Shown here piece by piece: positions 26,746-37,479 of a DNA stretch of 64,000 bases. The first letter of the stretch is position 1; each line of letters opens with the position of its first letter. This DNA is from Spirochaetia bacterium (GTDB lineage: Bacteria > Spirochaetota > Spirochaetia > UBA9216). The stretch covers positions 32,001 through 96,000 of the forward strand of contig OZ223267.1 of the NCBI GenBank assembly GCA_965140585.1. The letters run 5' to 3'. The position numbers were made by a program, and so were the translations under genes. The notes under the pieces are model-generated. The model saw only the letters and a list, made by a program, of their open reading frames with translations, was not told where the DNA came from and did not search any database.

Positions 26746-28791
26746 TCAGCTTTTTATTCGAAATTTTGCCTTATTAAGGGTTTTTGTGCTGGTTCCGTCG
26801 TATATGCTGATGTATTTTTCAGCCCCCTCGGAAGCGTAATACTTATTGTCTGCAAGAGACGCCGCCCAGCTAAGATCATCAAATATAAACAGGTCCATGA
26901 TCCGGTTTCCGTTTGACGGGTTCCATATGGTAAAAGAATTGTCCTGATTGAGCGAAATAAGTATGTTTCCGAAAAGTCTGATATCACGGGGAATACCGGA
27001 GATATTGTCAAGTTCCGTGAAACCGCCCCAGTAAAGAAGTTTGACCCCGCTGAACCCGAGGGTTGTAAAAATCTTTGAACTGTGGGGATCGGATGCAAAT
27101 GTTGCTCCGATATCCTCACCCGGGAATGCAATGATTGTATCTGCTTTATCATGATTTCTACCCGTATATTCTTTCAGTACTGTTTTGATTACTCCATTAC
27201 GTTCTTCAAAACCCAGGGTATACAGTTTCTTTGAAATATCATCATAATCAAGATCGAAAACCAGTAGACTTGAATCTTCAACCGGGACCGTTTCGCCGGT
27301 TTTGGTGTTGATATGAAGTAGCGGGGTGGTCAAGGTTGAGGTGCTGCTTCTTCCGGCAATAATATTATTGTCTTCAATAAATTCAACGGCACGCAGGCCG
27401 AAGGCTGTATATTTAAACTCGGTTTCACCTGTATCGGGGTTTATAATCCTGCATTCGCCGGTTTTATCAAGAGTGAGAATCTTCCCGTTGGTATACTCAG
27501 CCGAAACAAGAGGTGCACTGAGCTGGGAAATTAAGCGGACCGGACCGTCTTCGGAATTGAAAAGAACCAGCCTCCCGGCCTTAGAGCTCTCACTAGTCCA
27601 GAGAAGGTAATCTCCGTCACCCATGCTGCTGAGGCCGAAGGAACTATCTTTCTCAAGTGAATATACCTTTGAACCAACTTCCGGGTTGATGGAGCTGTTC
27701 TGATTTTTTATAAAAAAGTCAGATGATATCCTCAACAGCCTGCCGGGAGCTGATATTGCCATAGTTTCACCGCTCACCGAAAATCCGCTGATCTTTAGCA
27801 GTTTGTTTGCTGCAAATTCGCTTACTTCAGCACTGTTAATGGGATTTCTGCATATATTTCCGTTCTCATATGAGGTGTATACGGTACCGTTAACCGAAAT
27901 AACGGATGCAGGATTTGTTCTGTTTCTGAGGGTATAGGATTCAGACTGGTCTATCCTCTGGGTCGAAAAGTCTGAAACGTTCATTATTATGTCTGTTCCG
28001 GAATCTCTGAAATATACGAGTTTGTCGGACTTCGAATCTATAACAGAACAGATATATTTATCGGCTGCTACCGATGAAACTTTCCTGCCTGTTATGAGAT
28101 CGACTAATACCAGGTTTCTGCCGTCGTAGGCCGTCATATATCTGGCGCTGGCAGAGAAGGATATATCCTCAAGGTTGGTTACAGTCTGAACTTTCTGCTT
28201 CATTGTTGAAGTACTGAGATCCCAGTACTGAAGGTTTCCAGAGGGGCCGTATGTAAGAATTGTTTTTTCACTGTCTGAAATAAAAATAGAAGAAACAATA
28301 CCGAAGCCTTCAGTGAGGTAGGGCAGCTGTCTTCCTGTTTCGGCATCAAGGAAAACCAGACTTTGCCATTCTGTTCTACCGTACACAATGAAGTTTCCCT
28401 GAGGAGAAAATTTCAGAAACAGGGGGATCTCGGTAAGTCTTTGACGGAAGAGCCTTTCTCCTGTTTCCCAATTCCATACTGATAAGTTTACAGAATTGAT
28501 TCCGTCACTTTCAATGGACGCAATGTAGGGTTTGGAAGTTGAGGCGGAAATCCTTCGGATAGGAAGGTGTGATATCTGCAGTCTGTATAGAAGCTGTGCA
28601 TTTGATGAATTCCAGACTCTTACAGTTCCGTCATCCCCACCTGAAAAGATAAGTTTGCCGTCAGCAGAAAAATCAGTATCTGATACCGTTCCGGAATGTC
28701 CGCTATTAATGAGAAATCTGGCATCTTCTGCGGAGACGCAAAGAATTGGGAGTATGAATAATATAAGTACAGCGTAATAAAGTTTTCTCAT
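26746..28791 (-). CDS. Secreted WD40-repeat beta-propeller protein
   Basis: Signal peptide MRKLYY..., GHSGTV..FSADGKLIFSGGDDGTVRVWN. Confidence 0.85.
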   Translation of the reverse strand: MRKLYYAVLILFILPILCVSAEDARFLINSGHSGTVSDTDFSADGKLIFSGGDDGTVRVWNSSNAQLLYRLQISHLPIRRISASTSKPYIASIESDGINSVNLSVWNWETGERLFRQRLTEIPLFLKFSPQGNFIVYGRTEWQSLVFLDAETGRQLPYLTEGFGIVSSIFISDSEKTILTYGPSGNLQYWDLSTSTMKQKVQTVTNLEDISFSASARYMTAYDGRNLVLVDLITGRKVSSVAADKYICSVIDSKSDKLVYFRDSGTDIIMNVSDFSTQRIDQSESYTLRNRTNPASVISVNGTVYTSYENGNICRNPINSAEVSEFAANKLLKISGFSVSGETMAISAPGRLLRISSDFFIKNQNSSINPEVGSKVYSLEKDSSFGLSSMGDGDYLLWTSESSKAGRLVLFNSEDGPVRLISQLSAPLVSAEYTNGKILTLDKTGECRIINPDTGETEFKYTAFGLRAVEFIEDNNIIAGRSSTSTLTTPLLHINTKTGETVPVEDSSLLVFDLDYDDISKKLYTLGFEERNGVIKTVLKEYTGRNHDKADTIIAFPGEDIGATFASDPHSSKIFTTLGFSGVKLLYWGGFTELDNISGIPRDIRLFGNILISLNQDNSFTIWNPSNGNRIMDLFIFDDLSWAASLADNKYYASEGAEKYISIYDGTSTKTLNKAKFRIKS

Positions 28792-28795
28792 TAAA

Positions 28796-29386
28796 TTAAT
28801 CCTCCAGGGATATTTTTGACACGGAGATATAGGGCCCCTCAATGATCATTCTGACATCTTCATCTTCAGAAAGGGAAGCGATATTCTGAAGAATGTCATC
28901 ATGTGCGCTGCGGGGGATTTTAGTTATTCCTGTTTCATTTTCCTTGAGTCCGAGGACATGGAAAATCAGGTTGTTGTTTTCTATTGATTTGAAGACAATA
29001 TTTATTCCGGTAGACGGGGCCTTAAGCAGAAGTCTGAATTTAATTATTTCAATGGCTCTTTCATCAAGACCCTCTCCTGCTATAAGGATCTTTTCTACGA
29101 GTTCAGGATATCCGATTGCTACAGAATCCGCCTCCGAATCAATCTTTCCGGTGATAAAATTAATTCTTTCAAGTTCAGGCAGAAAAAGGAGATTAAGACC
29201 TGACTCGGGATCTTTGAGAACGGTTTTCAGTTCAGTCCTGATTACATTACCGCAGGATGGACATTCGAAGCTCATAAAGCTGCCTTCAAGGATATCCCGA
29301 TAAACCTGTTTGGATGCTGAGAGATCTATTTCAGAAGAAAAGTCAGTCTCAATATTTTTACCGCAATGACATGGTATATTTATCAT
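28796..29386 (-). CDS. CpXC-domain protein
   Basis: CHCG...ILEGSFMSFECPSCG, 'GYPELVEKI..GLDERAIEIIK'. Confidence 0.8.
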   Translation of the reverse strand: MINIPCHCGKNIETDFSSEIDLSASKQVYRDILEGSFMSFECPSCGNVIRTELKTVLKDPESGLNLLFLPELERINFITGKIDSEADSVAIGYPELVEKILIAGEGLDERAIEIIKFRLLLKAPSTGINIVFKSIENNNLIFHVLGLKENETGITKIPRSAHDDILQNIASLSEDEDVRMIIEGPYISVSKISLED

Positions 29387-29404
29387 AAAGAACCCCTGCG
29401 TGAA

Positions 29405-30760
29405 TTAACCAAAAAGAAAGTTCACGTCGCTGAAAACTGCAAGTAATAGTAACAGAAGTATAAGGAAAGATCCAATCATTTGGTACCTGTACAAAGATTT
29501 AGTTTTAGGCGGTCTTCCGATTATTATTTCAGCAATATTGAAAACAATCATACCGCCGTCTATTACCGGAATGGGCAGCAGGTTCATAAAACCAAGTGCT
29601 ATGCTTATAAGTGACAGAAACCTGAAGAAGCTTGTAAAACCTTCTCCTATGCTTTCGCGGAAACCGGAAGATGCCGCTTCACCCATGTAATAGGTCAATT
29701 TAACCGGTCCTGCTACTGCCTGACCGACATTGATCCCCTTGAAAAACAAACTTATGCTTTTTATGCTGAGTATAAATGTTGAGAAAGTTTCTTCTGTACC
29801 TCTTGCAAAAGCCTGAAAAATATTGAGTTTCGGTGATTTTATTTCAATACCGGCAAAGCCTACTCCGATTAGCAGTCTTCCTGTTTCATCGGGAATTGGA
29901 ATTATTTTTACTGATTTTATGTTTCCTTCATGTTCATATTCAATTTGCAGGCCTGAAGGATTCTGATTTATCAGATATGACAGCTCCACCTGATTTTCAA
30001 TCTTTTCTCCGGCAGCGGTAAGAATTATATCTCCCGCCTGCAGGCCTGCTATTGCTGCTGCTGAATCGGGAATTACATTTTCTATGACAGGATCAATCCA
30101 TGCAGAAATTCCGGCATATCCGGCTCCTGACTGTTTGTCGAGTTCGGGTGTAAGTACGGTATGAATCTCTGCCCCGTCTCTAAGGAGAATGATATCAAGT
30201 GATTTATCAGGATTCTGGCCTATTATGTTCTGAAAATCATAAAAGCTGGAGGTTTTCTTACCGTCAATTTCAATTATACGGTCGCCGGTCTGAATTCCAG
30301 CAGTATCTGCCGGATACTCGCGAGCTTCCTTTGAATAATCAGAAAGAAGTATAACCTTGTTGTCAAAGGTATATGTAGTGAATCCGGCCAGCCAGATGAC
30401 TGTAAGAACCAGAATTGAAAATATCAGGTTGAAACCAGGTCCGGCAAGGTATGTGAGTATCCTCTTGAAAGGATGGGCTGCAAATAAAGAGCCCGCATCG
30501 TCGGGAATGGTTTCCCTGCCAGTCTCAAGGGCTTTCTGAAACATTTCTTCGCCCTTCATTTTACAGTATCCGCCTACTGGAAAAACACAGAGACGGAATT
30601 CAGTTGTTTTGAATTTATGTCTGTAAAAGGGTTTTCCCCATCCAAGTGCAAAGGCTTCTACCTCTATTCCGGTAAGTTTTGCAAGAACAAAATGGCCGAA
30701 CTCATGAACAGTAACTACTATTCCAAGTCCGATAACGCCTATAAGTATATTTAAAACCAT
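29405..30760 (-). CDS. rseP: RIP metalloprotease RseP
   Basis: HEFGH, GGYCKM, two PDZ domains, [11 protein letters not shown]. Confidence 0.95.
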   Translation of the reverse strand: MVLNILIGVIGLGIVVTVHEFGHFVLAKLTGIEVEAFALGWGKPFYRHKFKTTEFRLCVFPVGGYCKMKGEEMFQKALETGRETIPDDAGSLFAAHPFKRILTYLAGPGFNLIFSILVLTVIWLAGFTTYTFDNKVILLSDYSKEAREYPADTAGIQTGDRIIEIDGKKTSSFYDFQNIIGQNPDKSLDIILLRDGAEIHTVLTPELDKQSGAGYAGISAWIDPVIENVIPDSAAAIAGLQAGDIILTAAGEKIENQVELSYLINQNPSGLQIEYEHEGNIKSVKIIPIPDETGRLLIGVGFAGIEIKSPKLNIFQAFARGTEETFSTFILSIKSISLFFKGINVGQAVAGPVKLTYYMGEAASSGFRESIGEGFTSFFRFLSLISIALGFMNLLPIPVIDGGMIVFNIAEIIIGRPPKTKSLYRYQMIGSFLILLLLLLAVFSDVNFLFG

Positions 30761-31899
30761 TATTTCAGCCTGATTTTCTCAATAATTTTTGAAGTCAGCT
30801 TTCTGGCTTCTGTATCAAGTTCAAAAACATGATCAAAAGACTCAAGCCTGGAAGGCCAGTTATGATTCAGAGCCTTTTTAGTAATATCGGCAATTTGAAG
30901 AAAGCCTGTTTTTCCATCAATAAAAGACTGAACAGCAATCTCATTTGCAGCGTTATAAACTAGCGGGTAGGCGCCTTTCTTTTTAAGCGTTTCATACGCC
31001 ATAGGCACCATGGGATATTTATCGCTGTCAAGGAGAGAAAATTCAAATGTGGCATTAAGCAGATTAAGTTCAGCAAAGTCGGCAGGAAGAATCTCCGGCC
31101 AGGAAAGGGCATTCTGGATTGGTATTGCCATATCAGGCCTGCTTATCTGCGGATATAGACAGCCGTCGATGGTTTTAATAAAGGAGTGAACATAACTCTT
31201 GGGGTGAATTACAATCTTGATTTTTTCACTTGGTATGTCAAACAGGAAACGCGCTTCAATTACTTCAAGTCCCTTATTGGCCATGGTTGCACTGTCTATG
31301 GTAATTTTGGGTCCCATATTCCATGTGGGATGTGCAAGTGCCGATTCAACGGTTACATTTTTCAGTTCCTCGACAGTTCTGTCCCTGAAGGCACCTCCGG
31401 AGGCGGTAAGGATGATTTCTGAAATCTCCTCGGTTCTCCTGCCTTTCAGAAGCTGCCAGATAGCAGAATGCTCGGAATCAACCGGCAGGATGTTACGCCC
31501 TTTTTCTTTGGCGAAATCCATTATCAGTTTACCTGTCATAACGACAGTTTCTTTATTGGCAAGTGCAAGATCCTTGCCTGAATTAAGGGCTGCGATTGAG
31601 GAGGAAAGACCAGCCGCTCCGGCAATACCGTTGAGTACAATATCTGCCTCACAGTCGTTGATCATCTCAATAAGACCCTCAGCTCCTGCATATTTGATAT
31701 CTGTGGAATGGGGAGTCCGGCCTGAGAGGCACATGTTTTTAACGTTATATGTTGAAGCCCATTCAAGAAGTCCGTTTTCACTTTTGTGGGCGGAAACGGC
31801 TACCACTGAAAATTTATCCGGATTACGTTTAAGTACTGTGGCAGCGGTGCGTCCAATTGAACCGGTGCAGCCAAGTATTATCAGTTTTTTTCTGTTCAT
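30760..31899 (-). CDS. dxr: 1-deoxy-D-xylulose-5-phosphate reductoisomerase
   Basis: [45 protein letters not shown]. Confidence 0.97.
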   Translation of the reverse strand: MNRKKLIILGCTGSIGRTAATVLKRNPDKFSVVAVSAHKSENGLLEWASTYNVKNMCLSGRTPHSTDIKYAGAEGLIEMINDCEADIVLNGIAGAAGLSSSIAALNSGKDLALANKETVVMTGKLIMDFAKEKGRNILPVDSEHSAIWQLLKGRRTEEISEIILTASGGAFRDRTVEELKNVTVESALAHPTWNMGPKITIDSATMANKGLEVIEARFLFDIPSEKIKIVIHPKSYVHSFIKTIDGCLYPQISRPDMAIPIQNALSWPEILPADFAELNLLNATFEFSLLDSDKYPMVPMAYETLKKKGAYPLVYNAANEIAVQSFIDGKTGFLQIADITKKALNHNWPSRLESFDHVFELDTEARKLTSKIIEKIRLK

Positions 31900-31914
31900 G
31901 AGATATTTTTACCT

Positions 31915-32763
31915 TTAAGCAAGATTTAGACGAAGAATTATATAGAAAAACAATGGAGCACTGAAGAGTATTGAATCGATTGAATCAAGTACTCCTCCGC
32001 GGCCCTGCATGATAGTTCCTGAATCTTTTTCCTTTACAGATCTTTTCATTGCAGACTCTATGAGATCTCCCACTACGGAAGTTGCTGCCATGGCTACTCC
32101 TGTAAGCAAGGCGAAAATGAGTTTGTTGCTGAATATTTCAGGATAGAACTGGAAATAAACTGCTCCTGCAGCAGCAGAGCCTGTAATACCACCGAAAAGA
32201 CCGGCAATGCTTTTGTTAGGACTTACTGCGAATATACCGCGGTTGTTTTTTCCGAATGCCATTCCAAGAAAATATGCAAATGTGTCATTTGCAAAAACCA
32301 TTGTGAGAAAAATGAGTATAAGAACCGATGAGTTCGGGAAAATATTGAGCATGATTATATAGGCCATAAAAAAGCCCGGGTAAAAAAGACTGAAAAGATA
32401 TGCAGGCATCCTTTCCATGACAGTGGAAATGTGCTCTTCCTTCTTTCTGAAAGCTTCTGCAGCTATGACCGCGCTCAGGAATACTGTAAAAACAGGGGCG
32501 ACACTGTGAGCAGGGTAGAGTCCTGTGAGTGATATCATTCTGAAAACTGGAAATGCCAGTGCCGTTACCAGAATTACCGATTTATTCTGCTTAACGCCCT
32601 TACGTGCAAACATGTTTCTTGTTTCAAAGGCCCCGATGACCGTGAGAGCACAAATTAATATGTTCATAATAAGATGATTATAGAATGGAAGAAATACTAT
32701 AATCACAATGAGCAGCGGAACTGCTATAACACCTAGTAATAGCCTTTTAATCAGATTATTCAT
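31915..32763 (-). CDS. cdsA: Phosphatidate cytidylyltransferase
   Basis: NDTFAY, VSPNKS, GDLIESAMKRSVKEKDSG..GRGGVLDSIDS. Confidence 0.95.
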   Translation of the reverse strand: MNNLIKRLLLGVIAVPLLIVIIVFLPFYNHLIMNILICALTVIGAFETRNMFARKGVKQNKSVILVTALAFPVFRMISLTGLYPAHSVAPVFTVFLSAVIAAEAFRKKEEHISTVMERMPAYLFSLFYPGFFMAYIIMLNIFPNSSVLILIFLTMVFANDTFAYFLGMAFGKNNRGIFAVSPNKSIAGLFGGITGSAAAGAVYFQFYPEIFSNKLIFALLTGVAMAATSVVGDLIESAMKRSVKEKDSGTIMQGRGGVLDSIDSILFSAPLFFYIILRLNLA

Positions 32764-32764
32764 T

Positions 32765-33487
32765 TTAAGCACCGTATTTTCTATGCCTGTGCTGATAACT
32801 TTTTATTGCCTCATAAAGGTCATCAGCTTCCCAGTCCGGCCATAGTTTTTCGCTGAAATACAGCTCTGAATAAGCACATTGCCAGACGAGAAAGTTACTC
32901 AGCCGTTTTTCTCCGGCTGACCTTATTATTAAATCAGGATCAGGGATTGACGGCTGATCCATGTATTCTACTAAAGTTTCTTCGCTCAGCATAGTGCCTT
33001 CATCGGCACATTTTTCGGGATGACTGTCGCACCATTTCCTTACGGCTCTGATTATTTCATCTCTTCCGCCGTAATTGATTGCCAGATTGACTGTCGTATG
33101 TTCAAACGCAGCAGTTTCGTTTACTACCGACATTATTTCATTCTGAAGATAATCCGGGAGTCCTGCAAGATCCCCAGTGTGAACGACCCTGATTCCGTTC
33201 TGAATATAGAATTCCATCTCTTTTTTCAGGTGTTTACTTATCAGCCTCATCAGAAAAGAGACCTCTTCTTCGGCACGTTTCCAGTTTTCAGTTGAGAATG
33301 TGTAAAGTGTTATGTATTTTACGCCCAGATCTGATGCGGCTTTAACGATACGTTTGGCAGAGACCAGGCCTTCACTGTGTCCCACAGTACGCTTTTTACC
33401 CTGCTGCTTTGCCCAACGCCCGTTCCCATCCATAATTATACCGATGTGAACGGGAATATTTTCTTTATCTATGGGGAAATTTTCCAT
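32765..33487 (-). CDS. uppS: Undecaprenyl diphosphate synthase
   Basis: HIGIIMDGNGRWA, FSTENWKR, NYGGRDEI, RLSNFLVWQ. Confidence 0.97.
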   Translation of the reverse strand: MENFPIDKENIPVHIGIIMDGNGRWAKQQGKKRTVGHSEGLVSAKRIVKAASDLGVKYITLYTFSTENWKRAEEEVSFLMRLISKHLKKEMEFYIQNGIRVVHTGDLAGLPDYLQNEIMSVVNETAAFEHTTVNLAINYGGRDEIIRAVRKWCDSHPEKCADEGTMLSEETLVEYMDQPSIPDPDLIIRSAGEKRLSNFLVWQCAYSELYFSEKLWPDWEADDLYEAIKSYQHRHRKYGA

Positions 33488-33493
33488 TGGTTA

Positions 33494-34048
33494 TTAAATT
33501 TCCATTATTTCCTTTTCTTTTTTATCAAGGATTTCATTAATATCTTTGATGAAACTGTCGGTAAGCTTCTGGATTTCATCGGCTCCCTTCTTTTCATCAT
33601 CTTCAGTGATTTCACTGCCTTTCTGCTTCTTTTTCAGTGTATCATTGGCATCACGTCTGATATTTCTTATAGCTACACGGCTCTGTTCAGCCATGTTTTT
33701 AGCAATTTTCACAAATTCCTTTCTTCGATCTTCAGTCAGCGGTGGAATACTTATTCTAATAACTTTTCCGTCATTGCTGGGGTTAACCGAAAGCTCGGAT
33801 TTCTGAATTGCTCTTTCAATCTCTGATAAAAGACCTTTATCCCAGGGCTGAATTACGACGAGTCTTGCTTCTGGAACTGAAACTGTGGCAACCTGACTTA
33901 AGGGGGTAGGGGTCCCGTATGCTTCAACTTTAACCTGATCAAAAAGGGCTGCTGAAGCTCTTCCTGTTCTTATAGTTTTAAACTCATCTTCCAAAGCAAC
34001 GATTGATTTTTTCATTCTGCTTTCAGCACTTGAAATTGTCTCTTTCAT
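33494..34048 (-). CDS. frr: Ribosome recycling factor
   Basis: IRTGRAS, PPLTEDRRKE, RVAIRNIRRDAN; ATG 34048 after AGGGAG. Confidence 0.97.
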   Translation of the reverse strand: MKETISSAESRMKKSIVALEDEFKTIRTGRASAALFDQVKVEAYGTPTPLSQVATVSVPEARLVVIQPWDKGLLSEIERAIQKSELSVNPSNDGKVIRISIPPLTEDRRKEFVKIAKNMAEQSRVAIRNIRRDANDTLKKKQKGSEITEDDEKKGADEIQKLTDSFIKDINEILDKKEKEIMEI

Positions 34049-34068
34049 GATTATCTCCCTTTGTAAAT

Positions 34069-34101
34069 AAAAAAAGGACATCCCCGCATTAACGGGGATG
34101 C
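34069..34101 (-). terminator. Intrinsic terminator/attenuator after tsf
   Basis: CATCCCCG-ttaatg-CGGGGATG followed by TCCTTTTTTT on the minus strand. Confidence 0.8.
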
Positions 34102-34110
34102 TTTAAATTT

Positions 34111-34956
34111 CTATTCTTCTTCACCGACTCTGAAATAAACAAAATCAACAAGAGTAAGCTTGCTGCCGATTTCTTTGGCAAGTGCATTCATTACTTTCTC
34201 AACACTGTTTTTGTCATCCTTAACGAAGGGCTGATCAAGCAGACAGATCTGTGAGTAGAGCTTATTGATCTTACCCTTTACAATACCCTGAAGAACATTT
34301 GCAGGTTTATCAAGGTTCTCAGCCTGTTTTGTGAAGATCTCTTCCTGCTCTTTAAGGTAATCGGCACCGACAGTCTCTCTTGAGAGGAACATCGGGCTGT
34401 ATGCTGCAATGTGCAGGGCACAGTCGAAGGCAAATTCCTTCACTTTCGGGTTTTCTGCAGCTTCTTTGGAATCAGCAGAAATCTTAACGAGAACTCCGAT
34501 TCCGCCTTCTCCGTGAATATAATCTACACAAACATCGTTTTCCGCTACATCAAGAACCTTGAATCTCTTGATTGAGATATTTTCCTTGATTTTGCTGATA
34601 ACGAGTTTAACTTTTTCATCAAGTTCAGGTGTGATTTCACTGAGGTTGTCAGCAACGATTGCATCGAGAAGTTCATTACCTGAATTAACAAAGTTTTCAT
34701 TTCTTGCAACGAAGTCGGTTTCGCATGAAAGCTCAAGAGCTCCTGCTTTTCCGTCTGTAATTTTTGTGAAAACTCTTCCTTCGTTTGTAGCACGGTCGCT
34801 TCTCTTTGCAGCAGCTGCAAGTCCCTGTTCTTTAAGGAGCTTTTCAGCTTTTGCGAAGTCTCCGCCTGCATCTACAAGCGCTTTTTTACAGTCCATCATT
34901 CCGGCACCGGTTTTGTCCCGGAGTTTTTTAACGTCAGCTGGTTTAATATCTGCCAT
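34111..34956 (-). CDS. tsf: Elongation factor Ts
   Basis: VKKLRDKTGAGMMDCKKAL, CETDFVA. Confidence 0.98.
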   Translation of the reverse strand: MADIKPADVKKLRDKTGAGMMDCKKALVDAGGDFAKAEKLLKEQGLAAAAKRSDRATNEGRVFTKITDGKAGALELSCETDFVARNENFVNSGNELLDAIVADNLSEITPELDEKVKLVISKIKENISIKRFKVLDVAENDVCVDYIHGEGGIGVLVKISADSKEAAENPKVKEFAFDCALHIAAYSPMFLSRETVGADYLKEQEEIFTKQAENLDKPANVLQGIVKGKINKLYSQICLLDQPFVKDDKNSVEKVMNALAKEIGSKLTLVDFVYFRVGEEE

Positions 34957-34976
34957 TTGAGTACTCCTGTCTATTA

Positions 34977-35789
34977 TTATTCGTCTTCGCCGGCTGCTTC
35001 ATCATCAGAGCTGTCATCGTCTGACTCATTTGAAGCTTCGGGAGTGTTGTCTGCAGCAGGAGCCTCTTCATCATCATCCTGGAGAGTTTCAATTACTTCA
35101 AGTCCGATTTCGTTGTCTGCTTCAACTACTGCATTTGCAATTATCTGAGTAAAAAGAGTTATTGCTCTGATAGCATCATCATTACCGGGAATAGGGAAGT
35201 CAATGTCTGTAGGATCACAGTTTGTATCTACGATTGCTATTACCGGAATACCCATTCTTTTTGCTTCAGCAACTGCTATAGCTTCCTTGCGGGTATCGAT
35301 AACAAAGAGAACGCCTGGAAGGTCTTTCATCTCTTTAATTCCGCCGAGGTTCTTTTCAAGTTTAGCTTTTTCTCTGTTGAGTTTGGCTACCTCTTTTTTT
35401 GTGAGGCTTTCGAAAGTACCGTCAACTTCCATTTTCTCAATTTTTTTGAGTCTGAGAATTGATTTTTTGATGGTGGTAAAGTTTGTGAGCATACCACCAA
35501 GCCAGCGGTTGTTTACATAGTACATTCCGCATCTTTCGGCTTCGCGCTGTATTGCTACCTGTGCCTGTTTTTTAGTTCCTACAAAAAGAACTGTCTGTCC
35601 TTCATGAACCAGACCTCGGACAACTTCATAAGCTTCCTTGATAGATGTGATGGTTTTCTGAAGATCGATAATGTGGATCCCGTTTCTTTCTGCGAAGATG
35701 AATTTCTTCATTCTCGGGTCCCAGCGTTTAGTCTGATGTCCGAAATGAACACCTGACTCCAGCAGGTTTTTCATTGTTACTACTGCCAA
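34977..35789 (-). CDS. rpsB: 30S ribosomal protein S2
   Basis: [29 protein letters not shown]; TTG start at 35789 after GGAGG. Confidence 0.97.
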   Translation of the reverse strand: MAVVTMKNLLESGVHFGHQTKRWDPRMKKFIFAERNGIHIIDLQKTITSIKEAYEVVRGLVHEGQTVLFVGTKKQAQVAIQREAERCGMYYVNNRWLGGMLTNFTTIKKSILRLKKIEKMEVDGTFESLTKKEVAKLNREKAKLEKNLGGIKEMKDLPGVLFVIDTRKEAIAVAEAKRMGIPVIAIVDTNCDPTDIDFPIPGNDDAIRAITLFTQIIANAVVEADNEIGLEVIETLQDDDEEAPAADNTPEASNESDDDSSDDEAAGEDE

Positions 35790-35806
35790 GATTTCCTCCA
35801 TTGAAT

Positions 35807-35845
35807 TGACAGATCGAAATCTGTCAGACAGATAAATATCTGTCT
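35807..35845 (-). repeat. Tandem twin hairpin in the rpsB leader
   Basis: mRNA sense: GACAGAT-attt-ATCTGTC-T-GACAGAT-ttcg-ATCTGTC; two identical 7-bp stems, the second capped by UUCG. Confidence 0.85.
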
Positions 35846-35865
35846 CCTTCTCTTTTTCTCACCCA

Positions 35866-36447
35866 TTACGGATGGAAGTTAAAATTATTTGCAATGAGCA
35901 TGCCATAAAAAGTATTAATAGGCAACCCCATGACATTCGAGTAAGATCCTTTCACAGAAGCAATAAAGCATGCTCCCTTCTCCTGAATACGGTATGAAGC
36001 GGCCACTCCCTGCCACTCATTCTGCTCAAGATACCAGTCGATTTCGGCTTCGCTCATCGGGCTGAATGTTACTTCGGTTTCACAGATTTCAGTCTGAATT
36101 TCTTTTGCGGGAGCTTTAAGAGCAAGCCCTGTAATGACGGTATGAGTCTGTCCCTGAAGACTCTGAAGCATCTCTTCGGCCCCGGCCCGATCTGCGGGTT
36201 TACCGATAAAGCGGTCGCCCAGAACAACAAAGGTATCTGCACCAAGTATCCACTGCTCAGACGAATAACTGCGGCTTCTGATGTATGAATCAACTTTGCG
36301 CGAAGCAATTATTACAGCCTCTTCAGCTGCGGATTTACCGGTGAATGTCTCGTCCGCATCCTGCGGAGCAGTCGTGAAGCTGAGCCCCATCTGTTTAAGA
36401 AGTTCAATTCTCCGGGGAGAAGCTGATGCCAGTATTAATTTTTCCAT
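35866..36447 (-). CDS. maf: Maf-family nucleotide pyrophosphatase
   Basis: LILASASPRRIELL, GADTFV, GKP, GSYSNVMGLP. Confidence 0.93.
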   Translation of the reverse strand: MEKLILASASPRRIELLKQMGLSFTTAPQDADETFTGKSAAEEAVIIASRKVDSYIRSRSYSSEQWILGADTFVVLGDRFIGKPADRAGAEEMLQSLQGQTHTVITGLALKAPAKEIQTEICETEVTFSPMSEAEIDWYLEQNEWQGVAASYRIQEKGACFIASVKGSYSNVMGLPINTFYGMLIANNFNFHP

Positions 36448-36456
36448 GTGTACGGT

Positions 36457-36693
36457 TTATATCCTTTTAAAAAGAAGATAGCCGGCTGCGGCTCCTGCAG
36501 GGCTACCCGGGTTGAGCATTATATATACCGATAGAACCCTGATATCGAATCCGACTGGCCCGACTGCCAGATGAATGCCGAATCCGGCGTATGAAAGCAG
36601 CAGTTCAAATATTTCCCACACGAGTGTGCCAATAATTATAAAAAGAACCAGGAAGCTGATGAATGCTTCCAGGTTTTTCTGAGTTATTTTCAA
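36457..36693 (-). CDS. Small membrane protein
   Basis: TTG start after GGAGG; two hydrophobic segments. Confidence 0.6.
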   Translation of the reverse strand: MKITQKNLEAFISFLVLFIIIGTLVWEIFELLLSYAGFGIHLAVGPVGFDIRVLSVYIMLNPGSPAGAAAGYLLFKRI

Positions 36694-36706
36694 TTTGCCT
36701 CCGGGG

Positions 36707-37468
36707 TCAGTCTGTTGTAATCTCAACCGGGCAGTGATCGGAGCCCATCACGGAATCAAGAATTGCAGCGCTTTTAAGCCTGTCCGAAAAGCTGTTGTTT
36801 ACGCAGAAATAGTCGATTCTCCACCCTACGTTTCTTTCACGAGCTTTGATCCTGTAGGACCACCATGAGTATTTTTCCGGTTCATCACAGAATTTTCTGA
36901 ATGTATCGGTATAACCGGCGGCGATGAACTTGTCCATCCATTCCCGCTCTTCAGGCAGGTAGCCGGGGTTCTTTTCATTTTGTTTCGGGTTAGCCAGATC
37001 TATCGGTTTATGAGCTACATTGTAGTCGCCGCAGAGGATGATGTTTTTTCCTTCTTCAACGGTTTTATTGCAGTATTCGAGTACTGCATTGTTGAAGCGG
37101 AGTTTATAGTCCAGCCTTTTTCCCGCCTCCTGACTGTTGGGAAAGTAGCAGTTGATAAGCTTGAAATCGGGATATTCAAGGATAATGCTTCTTCCTTCAG
37201 CATCAAATTCATCAATACCCAGCGTCTCTACTGCAATCGGATCTTCCTTTGCGTAGGTTACAACACCGCTGTAGCCTTTTTTCTCGGCTGATGCGAACCA
37301 TGAACGGTAACCTGCCGGCGACATGAATTTATCGTCAAGCTGTTCAGGCTGGGCTTTTGTTTCCTGAAGGCAGACAAAGTCTGCGTTCTTTTCTGCTATC
37401 CAGTCAAAAAGACCTTTCTTTTCGATTGCCCGTATTCCGTTAACATTCCATGATACAAATGTCTTCAA
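36707..37468 (-). CDS. xth: Exodeoxyribonuclease III (AP endonuclease)
   Basis: SWNVNGIRA, CLQETK, GDYNVAH, GWRIDYF, GSDHCP. Confidence 0.96.
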   Translation of the reverse strand: MKTFVSWNVNGIRAIEKKGLFDWIAEKNADFVCLQETKAQPEQLDDKFMSPAGYRSWFASAEKKGYSGVVTYAKEDPIAVETLGIDEFDAEGRSIILEYPDFKLINCYFPNSQEAGKRLDYKLRFNNAVLEYCNKTVEEGKNIILCGDYNVAHKPIDLANPKQNEKNPGYLPEEREWMDKFIAAGYTDTFRKFCDEPEKYSWWSYRIKARERNVGWRIDYFCVNNSFSDRLKSAAILDSVMGSDHCPVEITTD

Positions 37469-37479
37469 ATAAATCCCCC

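Noticed and set aside
31217-31918. 233-aa plus-strand ORF
   Set aside because: Antisense shadow of dxr; no recognisable motifs or SD.
34049-34110. Absence of pyrH between tsf and frr
   Set aside because: The direct tsf-frr order is known in Treponema and Borrelia; taxonomic signal, not novelty.
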